Shown here: positions 48,467-58,465 of the stretch, in pieces
Layout: each line of letters opens with the position of its first letter
How positions within the stretch are numbered: position 1 is the stretch's first letter
Source: Polyangiaceae bacterium
GTDB lineage: Bacteria > Myxococcota_A > Polyangia > Polyangiales > Polyangiaceae
DNA length: 64,000 bases
Direction: 5' to 3'
Assembly (NCBI GenBank): GCA_044376115.1
Contig: JBILLK010000010.1
Span: forward strand, 96,001-160,000
Translations under genes and position numbers: made by a program
The notes under the pieces: generated by a model
The model's input: only the letters and a program-made list of their open reading frames with translations
What the model was told of the DNA's origin: nothing
The model's database searches: none

Positions 48467-50629
48467 ATGACCATGCCCGTGGAGCCCCGCGATCCGTTCG
48501 ACCTTTGTGGCGTCACGATCGACGGCAAATACCGTGTTGCCTCGGTGATCGGGGACGGCGGCTTCGGCGTGGTCTACCGCGGTGTGCACAAGGGCTTCGG
48601 TGAGGTCATCGCCATCAAGTGCCTCAAGCTGCCGGCCTCGCTCGATGAGGCCGCGCGCAACGAGCTGCTCGAGAAGCTACAAGACGAGGGCCGCTTACTG
48701 CATCGGCTGTCCAAGGCCACGAGCGGTATCGTGCAGGCGCTCGACGTAGGGGCCTTCCAAACCGACGCTGGCCAATGGGTTCCGTACTTGGTGATGGAGT
48801 GGCTCGAGGGGGAAACGCTCGCGCAATACCTGCAACGTCGGGAGGCCAGCAACCTACCGCCGCTCGCGCTGGCCGAGGCGGTGCAATTGCTGGATGCTGC
48901 GGCGAAAGCTTTGGGCGTTGCGCACGCGCAGAAGGTCGCCCACCGCGACGTGAAGCCCGCGAACATTTTCGTGAGCGACGTCGGCGGTAAGAAGACCACC
49001 AAGGTGCTGGATTTTGGCATCGCGAAGGTGCTTTCGGACCACCGCGGCTACACCACCGCGCTCGAGTCGACGGCCATGGCGCCGACCGCTTTCACCCCGC
49101 GTTATGGCGCTCCGGAGCAGTTCAACAAGCAACGCGGTGCAACAGGCCCGTGGACGGATGTGTTCGCGTTGGCGCTGGTGCTGGTGGAGTGCGTGAGCGG
49201 GCGCAAAGCCCTCGAGGGGGATGACCCTACGCAGCTCTACATCGCCTCGGCCGATCCGGCGATTCGGCCGACCTTGCGCTCGCGCGGCATTCTGGTTCCG
49301 GACGCTGTCGAAGCGGCGTTGCACAAGGCACTCGAGGTGGAGCCGAAGAATCGTTACGCCAACGCGACCGACTTCTGGGCGGATCTGGATGCAGCAATGA
49401 AGGGCGCATCACCTTCTTCAGGCAACCCGAGTTGGCCGGGCTCGAGCAAACCGGGAAGCAAAGTATCCGCCTCCGACTCGATGCTGGAGACCTCCGAGTT
49501 CGCCGCCAAACATCAGCTGCTCGAGACCGGCGCGAGCAGCAAGAGCGCCTTTGGTCCGACGATGCCAGTCGAGCTGATCAAGACCAAGAAAGAATCAGCG
49601 CTCGAAGACACAGACGCCGCAGCGAAAGCAGCAAAGCTGAGCACCACGGCCGAGCGCGAGCGCTCGAGCATGATCGGCTGGCTCGCCGCTGGCAGCTTGA
49701 TCTTTGCGGGAGGCGGCTATTTTGCCTACCGCACGCTCAACAGCTCAGCGACGCCAGATCCCGCACCCAGCGCATCGCGTTCGGCGGGCCCATCCGCCAC
49801 CACCTCCGCCCCGCGTTCAGCAGACCGCCCTGGGCCCCGGCCGTCATCAACCGCTTCGACGAAAGCCAGCGCCAAACCGAGTGTTTCGGTGCTCGTTTCA
49901 GCCGCGCCAAGCGTCGTACCCTCCGCCACTCCGAGCGCTGCGCCTTCAGCATCGGCCGCGGTGGTGGTAGCCCCGCCGCTCGACTACGAGGACATGGTCA
50001 AGATCGCCAGCGGCTCGGTGGTGCTCGGGGAAGACGGCACCGAAACAGCCGTCGCGGCGTTCTTCATCGACGCTTCTGAAGTGACTGCCCGTCGCTTCAA
50101 GGCCTGTGTCAACGCAGGAGGCTGTCGCGGCGCCGATACGCCGCTTGGCATCGATGACGTCGCAACGTGGAAGCCGCTGTGCAACCTCGGTCGCGCCAAC
50201 GCGCAGAATCACCCGGCGAACTGCGTGACTTACTCGCAAGCCGACGCCTACTGCACCTGGCTAGGTAAGCGACTTCCGAGCGAAGCGGAGTGGCTGCTCG
50301 CTGCCGCTGGCCCGAACAAGAACGCCTACGTTTGGGGCAGCAGCGCACCGAGCTGCGAACAGGCCTGCTACGACAAGAATGACGGCTGCAAATCGAGCGA
50401 GCCGGCCGCAACCTGCGAGGTCGGTGCGCACAACGCGGACAAGACGAGCCTCAAGCTCCAAGACCTCAGCGGCAACGTCTCGGAGTGGGTCGCGGCCGCA
50501 GAAGCGATCACGAAAGGCGGGAACTTCTTCGATGGGCCGGCGCTGTTGCTGCTCACCGCGCGCGAGAAACGGCCGGTTGGCTACGCCCACCCCACCGTAG
50601 GCTTCCGCTGCGCGGCCAGCCCCAAGTAG
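48467..50629 (+). CDS. Ser/Thr protein kinase with TM helix and C-terminal FGE-sulfatase domain
   Basis: IGDGGFGVVY, AIKCL, HRDVKPANI, DFGIAK, TM, Ser/Pro/Ala linker, KRLPSEAEW, DLSGNVSEW, GFRCA. Confidence 0.94.
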   Translation: MTMPVEPRDPFDLCGVTIDGKYRVASVIGDGGFGVVYRGVHKGFGEVIAIKCLKLPASLDEAARNELLEKLQDEGRLLHRLSKATSGIVQALDVGAFQTDAGQWVPYLVMEWLEGETLAQYLQRREASNLPPLALAEAVQLLDAAAKALGVAHAQKVAHRDVKPANIFVSDVGGKKTTKVLDFGIAKVLSDHRGYTTALESTAMAPTAFTPRYGAPEQFNKQRGATGPWTDVFALALVLVECVSGRKALEGDDPTQLYIASADPAIRPTLRSRGILVPDAVEAALHKALEVEPKNRYANATDFWADLDAAMKGASPSSGNPSWPGSSKPGSKVSASDSMLETSEFAAKHQLLETGASSKSAFGPTMPVELIKTKKESALEDTDAAAKAAKLSTTAERERSSMIGWLAAGSLIFAGGGYFAYRTLNSSATPDPAPSASRSAGPSATTSAPRSADRPGPRPSSTASTKASAKPSVSVLVSAAPSVVPSATPSAAPSASAAVVVAPPLDYEDMVKIASGSVVLGEDGTETAVAAFFIDASEVTARRFKACVNAGGCRGADTPLGIDDVATWKPLCNLGRANAQNHPANCVTYSQADAYCTWLGKRLPSEAEWLLAAAGPNKNAYVWGSSAPSCEQACYDKNDGCKSSEPAATCEVGAHNADKTSLKLQDLSGNVSEWVAAAEAITKGGNFFDGPALLLLTAREKRPVGYAHPTVGFRCAASPK

Positions 50630-50647
50630 CGCGGCCCGTAGCGCCGC

Positions 50648-51061
50648 TCAGAAGCGGAGCACCATCAGCACCAAGATCACGAGCTTGAGCAGGTGACCGA
50701 TGCCGCCGAACATCGCAATCTTTCCGGGCTTGGCGCCCTCTTCGCTGAGCCGCGCGATCGCCGGGCGGAGCGCCATCATTTCGAGCGCGAGGGCGATCAA
50801 GGCGAGCAATAGGCTCGTATGAATCCGAGGTGAAACGGCCTTGAAGCCACCCAATTGAAAGATCAGCGCGACACCGCTGACGATCGTCACGAGCCCGAAG
50901 GCCATCGAGATCACCGCCGAGCGATCGATACGAGTCACCAGCTCGGTCACGTGAGCTTTACCGAGCGCGAGGCTGCGACGCGCGTCGCTCGCGATGGTCA
51001 GCGTTGCGCCGAACCACACCGCCATCGAGAGGAGATGAACCAGCTTTAGGATTTCGTACAC
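50648..51061 (-). CDS. DUF2269-like 4-TM membrane protein
   Basis: LKLVHLLSMAVWFG, four hydrophobic helices, C-terminal LVLMVLRF. Confidence 0.7.
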   Translation of the reverse strand: MYEILKLVHLLSMAVWFGATLTIASDARRSLALGKAHVTELVTRIDRSAVISMAFGLVTIVSGVALIFQLGGFKAVSPRIHTSLLLALIALALEMMALRPAIARLSEEGAKPGKIAMFGGIGHLLKLVILVLMVLRF

Positions 51062-51170
51062 GGCGCAAGCTTTCTCGGGTGTGAGAGGGAAGTCACGTGA
51101 AGATTCCCCCGGTGGTGGATGCAGCACGCGGGAGGCGCGTCACTGGCGCTCTTTGGGGGCTCGAGGCCGA

Positions 51171-51815
51171 CTAGGCAAGAGGGCGCGCGTCCACGTCATC
51201 CCGCAGGTTGAGCGTTGACTCACGCGCTGCGAGGCAGGCCTCACTCCCAGCCGGAAACACGCTGCAGTTGAACGGCCGGGCAGCGTACACGTTGCACTTG
51301 TTGTCCGACTCGAGTTGGGGGCAGCGACCCGAGGGAAGGAAGCGGAGACGCAGCTTGCCGTCCTTCTTGCGAATCAGATGCTTGTTGGTCAGCAGATCCG
51401 TACGACCAGCCTCGCGGAAGCGCTCCAGGTCCGAGTCATAGAGGATGACGTTCGATTCGTGGCAACAAGCACCACACTCGAGACAATCGAGCTTGAGCAC
51501 GCGAGTGGGCTTGGCAAAGCCCGAGTCCCGCTCGCACCAATCGAGCGTTGCGTAGCGAGCATGGGGCGCGGCCAGGATGGTGAACAGCCCTTTGAGCGGG
51601 CCCTCTTTTTCCTTTTTCGCGCGGTGTTGCTCGAGCGCCAGCACCGCCCAGAGCCCCTGCTCGGTGAGCTCGCCCTTCTTGTCGACCCCGAGTACGAGCC
51701 GCAACTTGGAGGGCCGATACACGATCACCGCGTGGCCTCCGGAGCGCACCCACTCGGCCGCGTTGTCGATGAACTTGGGCGAGAACTGTCTCCAGACAGG
51801 CCGGGTGATTCGCAT
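51171..51815 (-). CDS. YkgJ/CxxCxxCC cysteine-cluster protein with an N-terminal extension
   Basis: DCLECGACC, GRCPQL, CNVYAARPFNCSVFPAGSEAC. Confidence 0.85.
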   Translation of the reverse strand: MRITRPVWRQFSPKFIDNAAEWVRSGGHAVIVYRPSKLRLVLGVDKKGELTEQGLWAVLALEQHRAKKEKEGPLKGLFTILAAPHARYATLDWCERDSGFAKPTRVLKLDCLECGACCHESNVILYDSDLERFREAGRTDLLTNKHLIRKKDGKLRLRFLPSGRCPQLESDNKCNVYAARPFNCSVFPAGSEACLAARESTLNLRDDVDARPLA

Positions 51816-51882
51816 GCTGCGGCCCGTCTAGCGCGTGGCGAGACGCCCGCCAAGAGTCAGCTTCTGGCGCGCGTCAGTCCGC

Positions 51883-52590
51883 TCACACGGTGCGCTTTCT
51901 CTTGGCTTGTACCTGCGGTGGGGAGGCGCTCTCGAGCGCGGGCATACGCAAGTAACCGCCCTGCAAGAACTCGAATAGGTCGCGGACGATCTCTTCACGC
52001 GGCCGAACCCGACCAAGCGTGGAGGCCTCGAGCAAGACCTCCTTGAGCACACCGAGCGTGACGGTGGCGAAGAACTCGGGCGACCCCTGCATCACGATGC
52101 CGAGGCGTTGGCCTTCACGCAAAGCAGCGCTCAGCATCGTGCGTGCGCTGTCGTAGAAGCTGCCGATCTTCTGCACGAACGCCGGATCGAGCCCGGCCGC
52201 GTAGGACAAGAGCAAGCGCGTGAGCGCTGGGTCGTCGAGGAAGACGGCCACGATCGCACGGATGTTGTGCTCCACCTGCGGCCGAACTTCGCCCTCGACG
52301 TCCACGCGCAGAATGGCGGCACCGATCCGGGCGAAGAGGCCGTCCACCAGCTCCTCGAGCACCGCGCGCTTGTCTTTGAAGTAGAGGTAATACGTGCCCT
52401 TGGCGACATTGGCCCGAGCGCAGATGTCCTCGACCTTCGCATCGTGATAGCCGCGCGCTGCGAATACATCGCGAGCGGCGTGCAAAAGCACTTGATGCCG
52501 CTCCCTCTTGTCTACGCGCTCGCCGCTCACGGCGTTGACGGTGCGTTGGTTCACAGGCGCTGCCAACGACTTTTCTCGGCCTTTTGCCAC
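51883..52590 (-). CDS. TetR/AcrR-family transcriptional regulator
   Basis: AARDVFAARGYHDAKVEDICARANVAKGTYYLYFKDK. Confidence 0.94.
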   Translation of the reverse strand: MAKGREKSLAAPVNQRTVNAVSGERVDKRERHQVLLHAARDVFAARGYHDAKVEDICARANVAKGTYYLYFKDKRAVLEELVDGLFARIGAAILRVDVEGEVRPQVEHNIRAIVAVFLDDPALTRLLLSYAAGLDPAFVQKIGSFYDSARTMLSAALREGQRLGIVMQGSPEFFATVTLGVLKEVLLEASTLGRVRPREEIVRDLFEFLQGGYLRMPALESASPPQVQAKRKRTV

Positions 52591-52653
52591 GACCGCTAAC
52601 GTTACGTCACATCACAAGCGAGTTGCCCCAGTGAAGTGCGGGTGATACCAGTG

Positions 52654-52671
52654 ACTGACCCGCCAGTCAGT
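52654..52671. promoter_or_regulatory. Palindromic operator (putative TetR site)
   Basis: ACTGAC-ccgcca-GTCAGT in the 118-bp divergent intergenic region. Confidence 0.7.
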
Positions 52672-52708
52672 TGGGGGTAGGCCGTTGATACCCCCGGGGA
52701 GATAGCGA

Positions 52709-55700
52709 ATGAGAATGGCACCGTCGGAACGTCGTGAACCGTTGGTCTTGGGCGTTGATGTTGGTTCGACCACCGTCAAAGCTGTAGCTCTAGACCCGAA
52801 GACGCTTGAGATCGTCTGGAGCGACTACCAACGGCACCAAACCAAACAGCCGGAGAAGGTGGTCGAGCTGCTCGAGGACATCGCAGCATCGTTCCCCAAC
52901 TCCGACCCGAAGAGCTGGCGCGTCTTCATGACCGGCTCCGGCGCGATGCCGCTGTGCGCGCCGCTCGGTGGCAAGTTCGTTCAAGAAGTCAACGCAGTCG
53001 CGCTGGCCGTGGAGAAGCTGCACCCCGACGTGCGCAGCGTGATCGAGCTCGGCGGACAAGACGCGAAGATCATCATGTTCAACGTCGATCCGAAGTCGGG
53101 CGAGCGCACCGCCGTCCCGTCGATGAACGACAAATGTGCCTCGGGTACCGGCGCGACGATCGACAAGTGCATGATCAAGGTCGGGCTGCCGCCGGAGCTC
53201 GCCGTCAAGGTCCACTTCGACGACTCGAAGCTTCATCACGTCGCCGCCAAGTGCGGTGTTTTCGCCGAGACCGACATCGTCAATCTGGTCAAGAGCGGCA
53301 TCCCCTCGAAGGAGATCCTCTGCTCGTTAGCCGACGCGATCGTGCTGCAGAATTTGAGCGTACTGACTCGCGGGTCAACGCTGAAACACAAGGTCATTTT
53401 GCTCGGCGGGCCCAACACTTACCTGCCCTTCTTGCAAGAGTGCTGGCGTCAGCGCATCCCCGAGGTTTGGGCTGAGCGCGGCTATGACTACCCGAAGGAC
53501 GTTCCGATCGAAGAGCTGATCTTCGTGCCCGAAAATGCTCAGTACTACGCAGCGTTCGGCGCCTGCGTTTACGGCATGGAAGAGCCCGCTGCCGTGGGCG
53601 CCTACAAAGGCCTCGACGGACTGATCGAGTACATGAAGAACGGTCGCAAGGCTCGCCTCGGCCAGAGCGCCGGGCCGCCGCTCGTCAAGTCGAAGAACGA
53701 GCAGTCGGAGTTCGCTGAGCTGTTCAAGATCCCGCGCTTTAGCCCGATGAAGTTCGAGCCCGGTCAGGTCGTCCGCGGCGTGATCGGTATGGACGGCGGG
53801 TCCACCTCCTCCAAGGCCGTGCTGCTCGGCGAAGACGGCGAGATCGTCTGCAAGGGTTACCAACTGTCGAAGGGCAACCCGATCCAAGACACCAAGGAGC
53901 TGCTCTCGCAGATCCGCAGTTACGTCGAGGACCAAGGGGCGACCTTGGAGGTGCTCGGCTTCGGTGCGACGGGCTACGCCGCTGACGTTTTGCAAGAGTG
54001 CGTGAAGAGCGACGTCAACATCGTCGAGACCGTCGCGCACATGATGAGCGCGGTGAAGTTCTTCGGCGACGTCGACGTGATCTGCGACATCGGTGGGCAG
54101 GACATCAAGGTGCTGTTCATGAAGAACGGCGACATCTCGAACTTCAAGCTGTCGAACTCCTGTTCGGCGGGCAACGGCATGTTGCTGCAGGCCATGGCCG
54201 ATCAGTTCGGTCTGCCGGTCACCTCCTACGCTGACACCGCCTTCCAAGCGGAGCTCGCACCAAAGTTCAGCTACGGCTGCGCCGTCTTCCTCGACACCGA
54301 CCGCGTCAACTTCCAAAAGGAGGGCTTCTCGAAGGAGGAGTTGCTCGCTGGGCTCGCCCAGGTCTTGCCGAAGAACGTTTGGCAGTACGTCGTGCAGATC
54401 CCGCGGCTCGCGTCGCTCGGTCGCAAGTTCGTCTTGCAGGGCGGCACGCAATACAACCTCGCCGCTGTCAAAGCCCAGGTGGACTACATCAAAGAGCGCG
54501 TTCCGGATGCCGAAATCTTCGTGCATCCGCACACCGGTGAAGCGGGCGCCATCGGCGCTGCCTTCGAGACGTTGCGCGTGGTCAAGCGCCGCGGCAAGTC
54601 GACCTTCATCGGCATCGATTCGGCCATCAACCTCGAGTACACCACCAAGAACGACGAAGAGACGGTCTGTCACTTCTGCCCCAACGAGTGCAAGCGCACC
54701 TTCATCGACACGCGCACGCCGGCCGGAGATACCAGCCGCTACATCGCAGGCTTCAGCTGCGAGAAGGGCACCGTCGAGAGTGAAGAGGCCATGTTGGCCC
54801 TGGTCGCCGAACGTAAGAAGACGGCGAAGCAGTACCCCAACCTCGTCGACTACGAGGCCAAGCTCGCCTTCCGTCACTTCTACAAGCCGACGCCGACGCC
54901 CGCCGAAGGCACGCCGGTCAAAGACGTCGAGATCAAGAAGGGCTTCTTCGGTATCAAGCGCGTGGAGACCACGCGGCCCTTCAAGCGCAGCGGAAAAGCG
55001 GCCGACGAGCTGCGTCGGCGTACGCGCATCGGCATGCCGCGGGCGATGAACATGTACTCGACGGCGCCGTACTTCCGGACGTACTTCGAGGCGCTCGGCA
55101 TCCCCAAGCAGAACGTCGTGTTCAGCGACGAGACCTCCGAGGAGATGTGGGTCGAGGGTGGCAAGTACGGCTCGATCGACCCGTGCTTCCCGTCGAAGGT
55201 GTGCCAGGCGCACATTCACAACCTGCTGTTCCATCAGCACACCGAGAAGAAGCCGCTCAAGTACATCTTCTTCCCCATCCTCACGCACGTACCGAGCTTC
55301 GGTGAGAACGTGATGGATAAGACCAGCTGTCCGATCGTGGCCGGCGTGCCCGACGTGATGAAGGCCGCCTTCACCAAAGAGGTGGATTTCTTCGCTCAAC
55401 GCGGGATCGAGTATCTCGATCCGGGCCTCTCCTTCGCCGAGATGCACTTCACGGCGAAGCGCATGTTCGACGTCTGGGGCTCGCGCTTGCAGGCCACCGA
55501 AGACGAGTGTGACCACGCGCACCGCGAGGCGATGAAGGCGCTGGCCGCCTTCGAGCACGACCTGATGGAGAAGGGCCGCGCGATCCTCGAGACGGTCGAG
55601 GCGGAGAACCGCGTCGCCATCCTCACCGTGTCGCGGCCGTATCACTCGGATCCGGGACTCAACCACGGCATCCCCGAGGAGTTCCAGGTGCTCGGTTACC

Positions 55701-56323
55701 CGGTGCTCTCGGTGCGTTCGCTGCCGCGCGACATCAAGTACCTTTCGCGCTTCTTCAAGGAAGAGGTCGCACGCGGCCAGCACCCGCTCGACATCAACGA
55801 CGTCTGGCCGGAGAACTACTCGGCCAACAGCGCTCAAAAGATCTGGGCCGTGAAGTTCGCAGCCCGTCACCCCAACGTGGTGATCCTCGATCTCTCGAGC
55901 TTCAAGTGCGGTCACGATGCGCCCACCTACGGCATCGTCGAGAGCATCGTCTCGGCCAGCGCAACGCCGTACCAGGCCCTTCACGATATCGACGCAAACA
56001 AGCCCGGCGGTTCGATCAAGATCCGCGTGAAGACCTTCGCGCACAGCCTCAAGCTGTACCAAGAGACGCTCGAGGATCTTGCGACCAAGAAGGGCGAACT
56101 AGCGATGAGCCTCGACAAGAAGCAGCTCGAGCTGATGCTGCTACGAAAAGCTCAACTCGCCGACCGTTTGAGCCGTGATCCCGCCCTTGAGGCGAAGATC
56201 GAGGAACTCGGCGAGCGGCTCAAGCGTTACGAAGCGCCGGTGCGTAAGCCCGAGCCGCCTCGCGATCTCGTTCAGCTCAAAAAGAAGACCAGCACGGGGG
56301 AGACGGTGCCTGTCGGCGCCTGA
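52709..56323 (+). CDS. CoA-substrate activase with two BadF/BcrAD ATPase domains plus DUF2229 (PlsA-like)
   Basis: GVDVGSTTVK/ELGGQDAK/CASGTG, GMDGGSTSSK/DIGGQDIK/CSAGNG, CHFCPNEC..SCEKG, IGMPRAMN, CFPSKV, CPIV, RPYHSDP, SFKCGHDA. Confidence 0.9.
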   Translation: MRMAPSERREPLVLGVDVGSTTVKAVALDPKTLEIVWSDYQRHQTKQPEKVVELLEDIAASFPNSDPKSWRVFMTGSGAMPLCAPLGGKFVQEVNAVALAVEKLHPDVRSVIELGGQDAKIIMFNVDPKSGERTAVPSMNDKCASGTGATIDKCMIKVGLPPELAVKVHFDDSKLHHVAAKCGVFAETDIVNLVKSGIPSKEILCSLADAIVLQNLSVLTRGSTLKHKVILLGGPNTYLPFLQECWRQRIPEVWAERGYDYPKDVPIEELIFVPENAQYYAAFGACVYGMEEPAAVGAYKGLDGLIEYMKNGRKARLGQSAGPPLVKSKNEQSEFAELFKIPRFSPMKFEPGQVVRGVIGMDGGSTSSKAVLLGEDGEIVCKGYQLSKGNPIQDTKELLSQIRSYVEDQGATLEVLGFGATGYAADVLQECVKSDVNIVETVAHMMSAVKFFGDVDVICDIGGQDIKVLFMKNGDISNFKLSNSCSAGNGMLLQAMADQFGLPVTSYADTAFQAELAPKFSYGCAVFLDTDRVNFQKEGFSKEELLAGLAQVLPKNVWQYVVQIPRLASLGRKFVLQGGTQYNLAAVKAQVDYIKERVPDAEIFVHPHTGEAGAIGAAFETLRVVKRRGKSTFIGIDSAINLEYTTKNDEETVCHFCPNECKRTFIDTRTPAGDTSRYIAGFSCEKGTVESEEAMLALVAERKKTAKQYPNLVDYEAKLAFRHFYKPTPTPAEGTPVKDVEIKKGFFGIKRVETTRPFKRSGKAADELRRRTRIGMPRAMNMYSTAPYFRTYFEALGIPKQNVVFSDETSEEMWVEGGKYGSIDPCFPSKVCQAHIHNLLFHQHTEKKPLKYIFFPILTHVPSFGENVMDKTSCPIVAGVPDVMKAAFTKEVDFFAQRGIEYLDPGLSFAEMHFTAKRMFDVWGSRLQATEDECDHAHREAMKALAAFEHDLMEKGRAILETVEAENRVAILTVSRPYHSDPGLNHGIPEEFQVLGYPVLSVRSLPRDIKYLSRFFKEEVARGQHPLDINDVWPENYSANSAQKIWAVKFAARHPNVVILDLSSFKCGHDAPTYGIVESIVSASATPYQALHDIDANKPGGSIKIRVKTFAHSLKLYQETLEDLATKKGELAMSLDKKQLELMLLRKAQLADRLSRDPALEAKIEELGERLKRYEAPVRKPEPPRDLVQLKKKTSTGETVPVGA

Positions 56324-56373
56324 TCGAAGACTTTAACCAGCCCGCAGACAGCGCCACCGAAACCGAGGACGAC

Positions 56374-58338
56374 ATGGAAACTACGACCACGACCACCAAG
56401 AAGAGCCTTCCCATCATCGGGAGCAAAGCTGCCGCGAGCCCGGAGCCGGAGAAGAGCCCGCTCTCGATCGAAGAGGAGATGCGCTTTTTCGAGCAGGCCG
56501 AGCGCGAGCGCATCGGCATCAAAGCCGAGCGACGCCAATGGGTTGACGAGATGCTCGACCCCCAGATGAAGAAGGATGAGCGGGCGAATGTGACCCTGCT
56601 GATCAGCGGTCTCACCGCAGCGCAAGACTTCCTCGCGGAAGGCGCGCTTCGCGGGCTCGGCTACAACGTCGAGTACATCGGGATGAGCGACAACGCTGGC
56701 CTGCAGGTCGGCAAAGAGTTCGGCAACCGCGGTCAGTGCAACCCAACCTACTTCACCGTGGGCGGCCTGGTGAAGCACCTGATCGATCTGCGCGACAAGA
56801 AGGGCATGACCTCCGAAGAGGTCGTGAAGAACTACATCTTCCTCACCGCTGGGGCCTGCGGTCCTTGCCGCTTCGGCATGTACGTGACCGAGTACCGCAA
56901 GGCGCTCCGTGACGCCGGCTTCGACGGCTTCCGCGTTATGTTGTTCCAGCAGAAGGGTGGCCTCTCGCAAGCCACCGGCGGCGACGTCGGTCTGGAGATG
57001 AACCCGGCCTTCTTCATCTCGATCATCAAGGCAGTCGTCTGCGGTGACGCGCTGAACGCGCTCGCCTACCGCATTCGCCCCTACGAGATCGAGGCCGGCG
57101 CCACCAACCGCGCGGTCGAGAACGCCAAGAAGATCCTGTACAAGTCGCTCTACGAGCAGACCAACATCTTCTGGGCGCTATTCAAGGCTCGCCGCGAGTT
57201 CGAGGCGGTCAAGGTGGACAAGCTCCGCGCCAAGGCCAAGACCTCCATCATCGGTGAGTTCTGGGCAATGACCACCGAGGGTGACGGCAACTACGCGTTG
57301 CAGCGCTTCCTCGAGACGGAGGGCGCCGAGAACGACATCCAGCTCACCACCGCCTGGTTGCTCTACAACATCTGGGAGGTCGCCCGCGATACGCGCGAGC
57401 GCATGTTCCTCCGCGGCGTCGATGACGGTCACTACGGCCTCGCCGGCGTGGCTGAGAGCGAGTTCGGTGTGGCCAAGCGGCTCGCCACCATGCGTCTCGC
57501 TGAGTACGGCCTGCGCGCTGGCTTCCAAGCCTTTGCCCAGCCGCTCGGCCTGTTCGACTACCACCTGCCGGACATGGATCTCGTGGCCGAGGTTGCAGCG
57601 GACTACTACTCCAACGATCTGCGCGGTGGTGAAGGCCACATGGAGGTCGGCAAGCTGATCGTCAACGCCGTCAAGTCGAAGGCGCACATCACGGTCAGCG
57701 TGAAGCCCTTTGGTTGCATGCCGAGTTCCGGCGTCTCCGACGGCGTGCAGTCGCTCATCACCAACCGTTTCCCCGGCACCATCTTCTGTGCGGTGGAGAC
57801 CAGCGGGGACGGCGCGACGAACTTCTACAGCCGCGTGCAGATGTACATGTTCAAAGCGCGCATGGCCGCTCAAGAGGATCTGCGCAAGGCCTACGAGGAG
57901 ACGGGGCTGACCGAGGCTGACGTCCGCGCCTTCCTCGAGCAGAACCCGTCCTACGCATCACCGCTTCACCACTCGCCCCACGCGGGTGCTGGCAGCGCCG
58001 CGAACCTCGTTCGTGAAGTTGCGCCGCTCGTCGGCAAGACTCGCCTGCAGCAGCTCAGCTACAAGGCCGGCAAGAAGGCCGAGCTCGTTGCGGACGTGGC
58101 GAAGGCAACGCCGGGCAAGCTGAAGGCGCTCGGCGCCTGGCTCTCCAACAAGGAGAATCAAGCTCGTATGAAGCAAGACGCCGAGCTGATCGTGGACCTC
58201 GCCAGCGGCCGCGCCAAGGATCACTTCGGCCCGCTGCTCTCCAAGTTGGCCGGCAAGGCCTTCTTCGAGAACAACGCCGAGGTCGCTCACGTGGTCGCCG
58301 AAGACCGCATGGACATGGCGATCGCTGCCGAAGAGTAG
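56374..58338 (+). CDS. 2-hydroxyacyl-CoA dehydratase/reductase-like Fe-S subunit (PlsR-like)
   Basis: GQCNPTYFTVG, GACGPCRFGMY, IIGEF, GGEGHME, KPFGCMPS; GAGGA RBS. Confidence 0.85.
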   Translation: METTTTTTKKSLPIIGSKAAASPEPEKSPLSIEEEMRFFEQAERERIGIKAERRQWVDEMLDPQMKKDERANVTLLISGLTAAQDFLAEGALRGLGYNVEYIGMSDNAGLQVGKEFGNRGQCNPTYFTVGGLVKHLIDLRDKKGMTSEEVVKNYIFLTAGACGPCRFGMYVTEYRKALRDAGFDGFRVMLFQQKGGLSQATGGDVGLEMNPAFFISIIKAVVCGDALNALAYRIRPYEIEAGATNRAVENAKKILYKSLYEQTNIFWALFKARREFEAVKVDKLRAKAKTSIIGEFWAMTTEGDGNYALQRFLETEGAENDIQLTTAWLLYNIWEVARDTRERMFLRGVDDGHYGLAGVAESEFGVAKRLATMRLAEYGLRAGFQAFAQPLGLFDYHLPDMDLVAEVAADYYSNDLRGGEGHMEVGKLIVNAVKSKAHITVSVKPFGCMPSSGVSDGVQSLITNRFPGTIFCAVETSGDGATNFYSRVQMYMFKARMAAQEDLRKAYEETGLTEADVRAFLEQNPSYASPLHHSPHAGAGSAANLVREVAPLVGKTRLQQLSYKAGKKAELVADVAKATPGKLKALGAWLSNKENQARMKQDAELIVDLASGRAKDHFGPLLSKLAGKAFFENNAEVAHVVAEDRMDMAIAAEE

Positions 58339-58373
58339 GCGGTTGGGCAGGTTGCCCTAACCGTTACGTATCA

Positions 58374-58406
58374 GGCGGGCGCCTCACCAGCGCCCGCCGC
58401 CGTTTT
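58374..58406 (+). terminator. Terminator after the activase operon
   Basis: GGCGGGCGC-ctcacca-GCGCCCGCC followed by GCCGTTTT. A second bulged hairpin lies at about 58340-58363. Confidence 0.7.
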
Positions 58407-58465
58407 GTGCTTCGCGTGAAGAGTTCGAGCATGAAAGTCCGCTTCGCGCTAGCTTTCGGAAAGAC

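Noticed and set aside
49980..50629. FGE-sulfatase (CLec-fold) C-terminus as a diversity-generating retroelement target
   Set aside because: No reverse transcriptase and no second near-identical template repeat seen in the window. Kinase-FGE fusions are common in myxobacteria.
53375..56062. 895-aa minus-strand ORF
   Set aside because: Antisense mirror of the strongly codon-biased activase gene, a typical high-GC artefact with no motifs.
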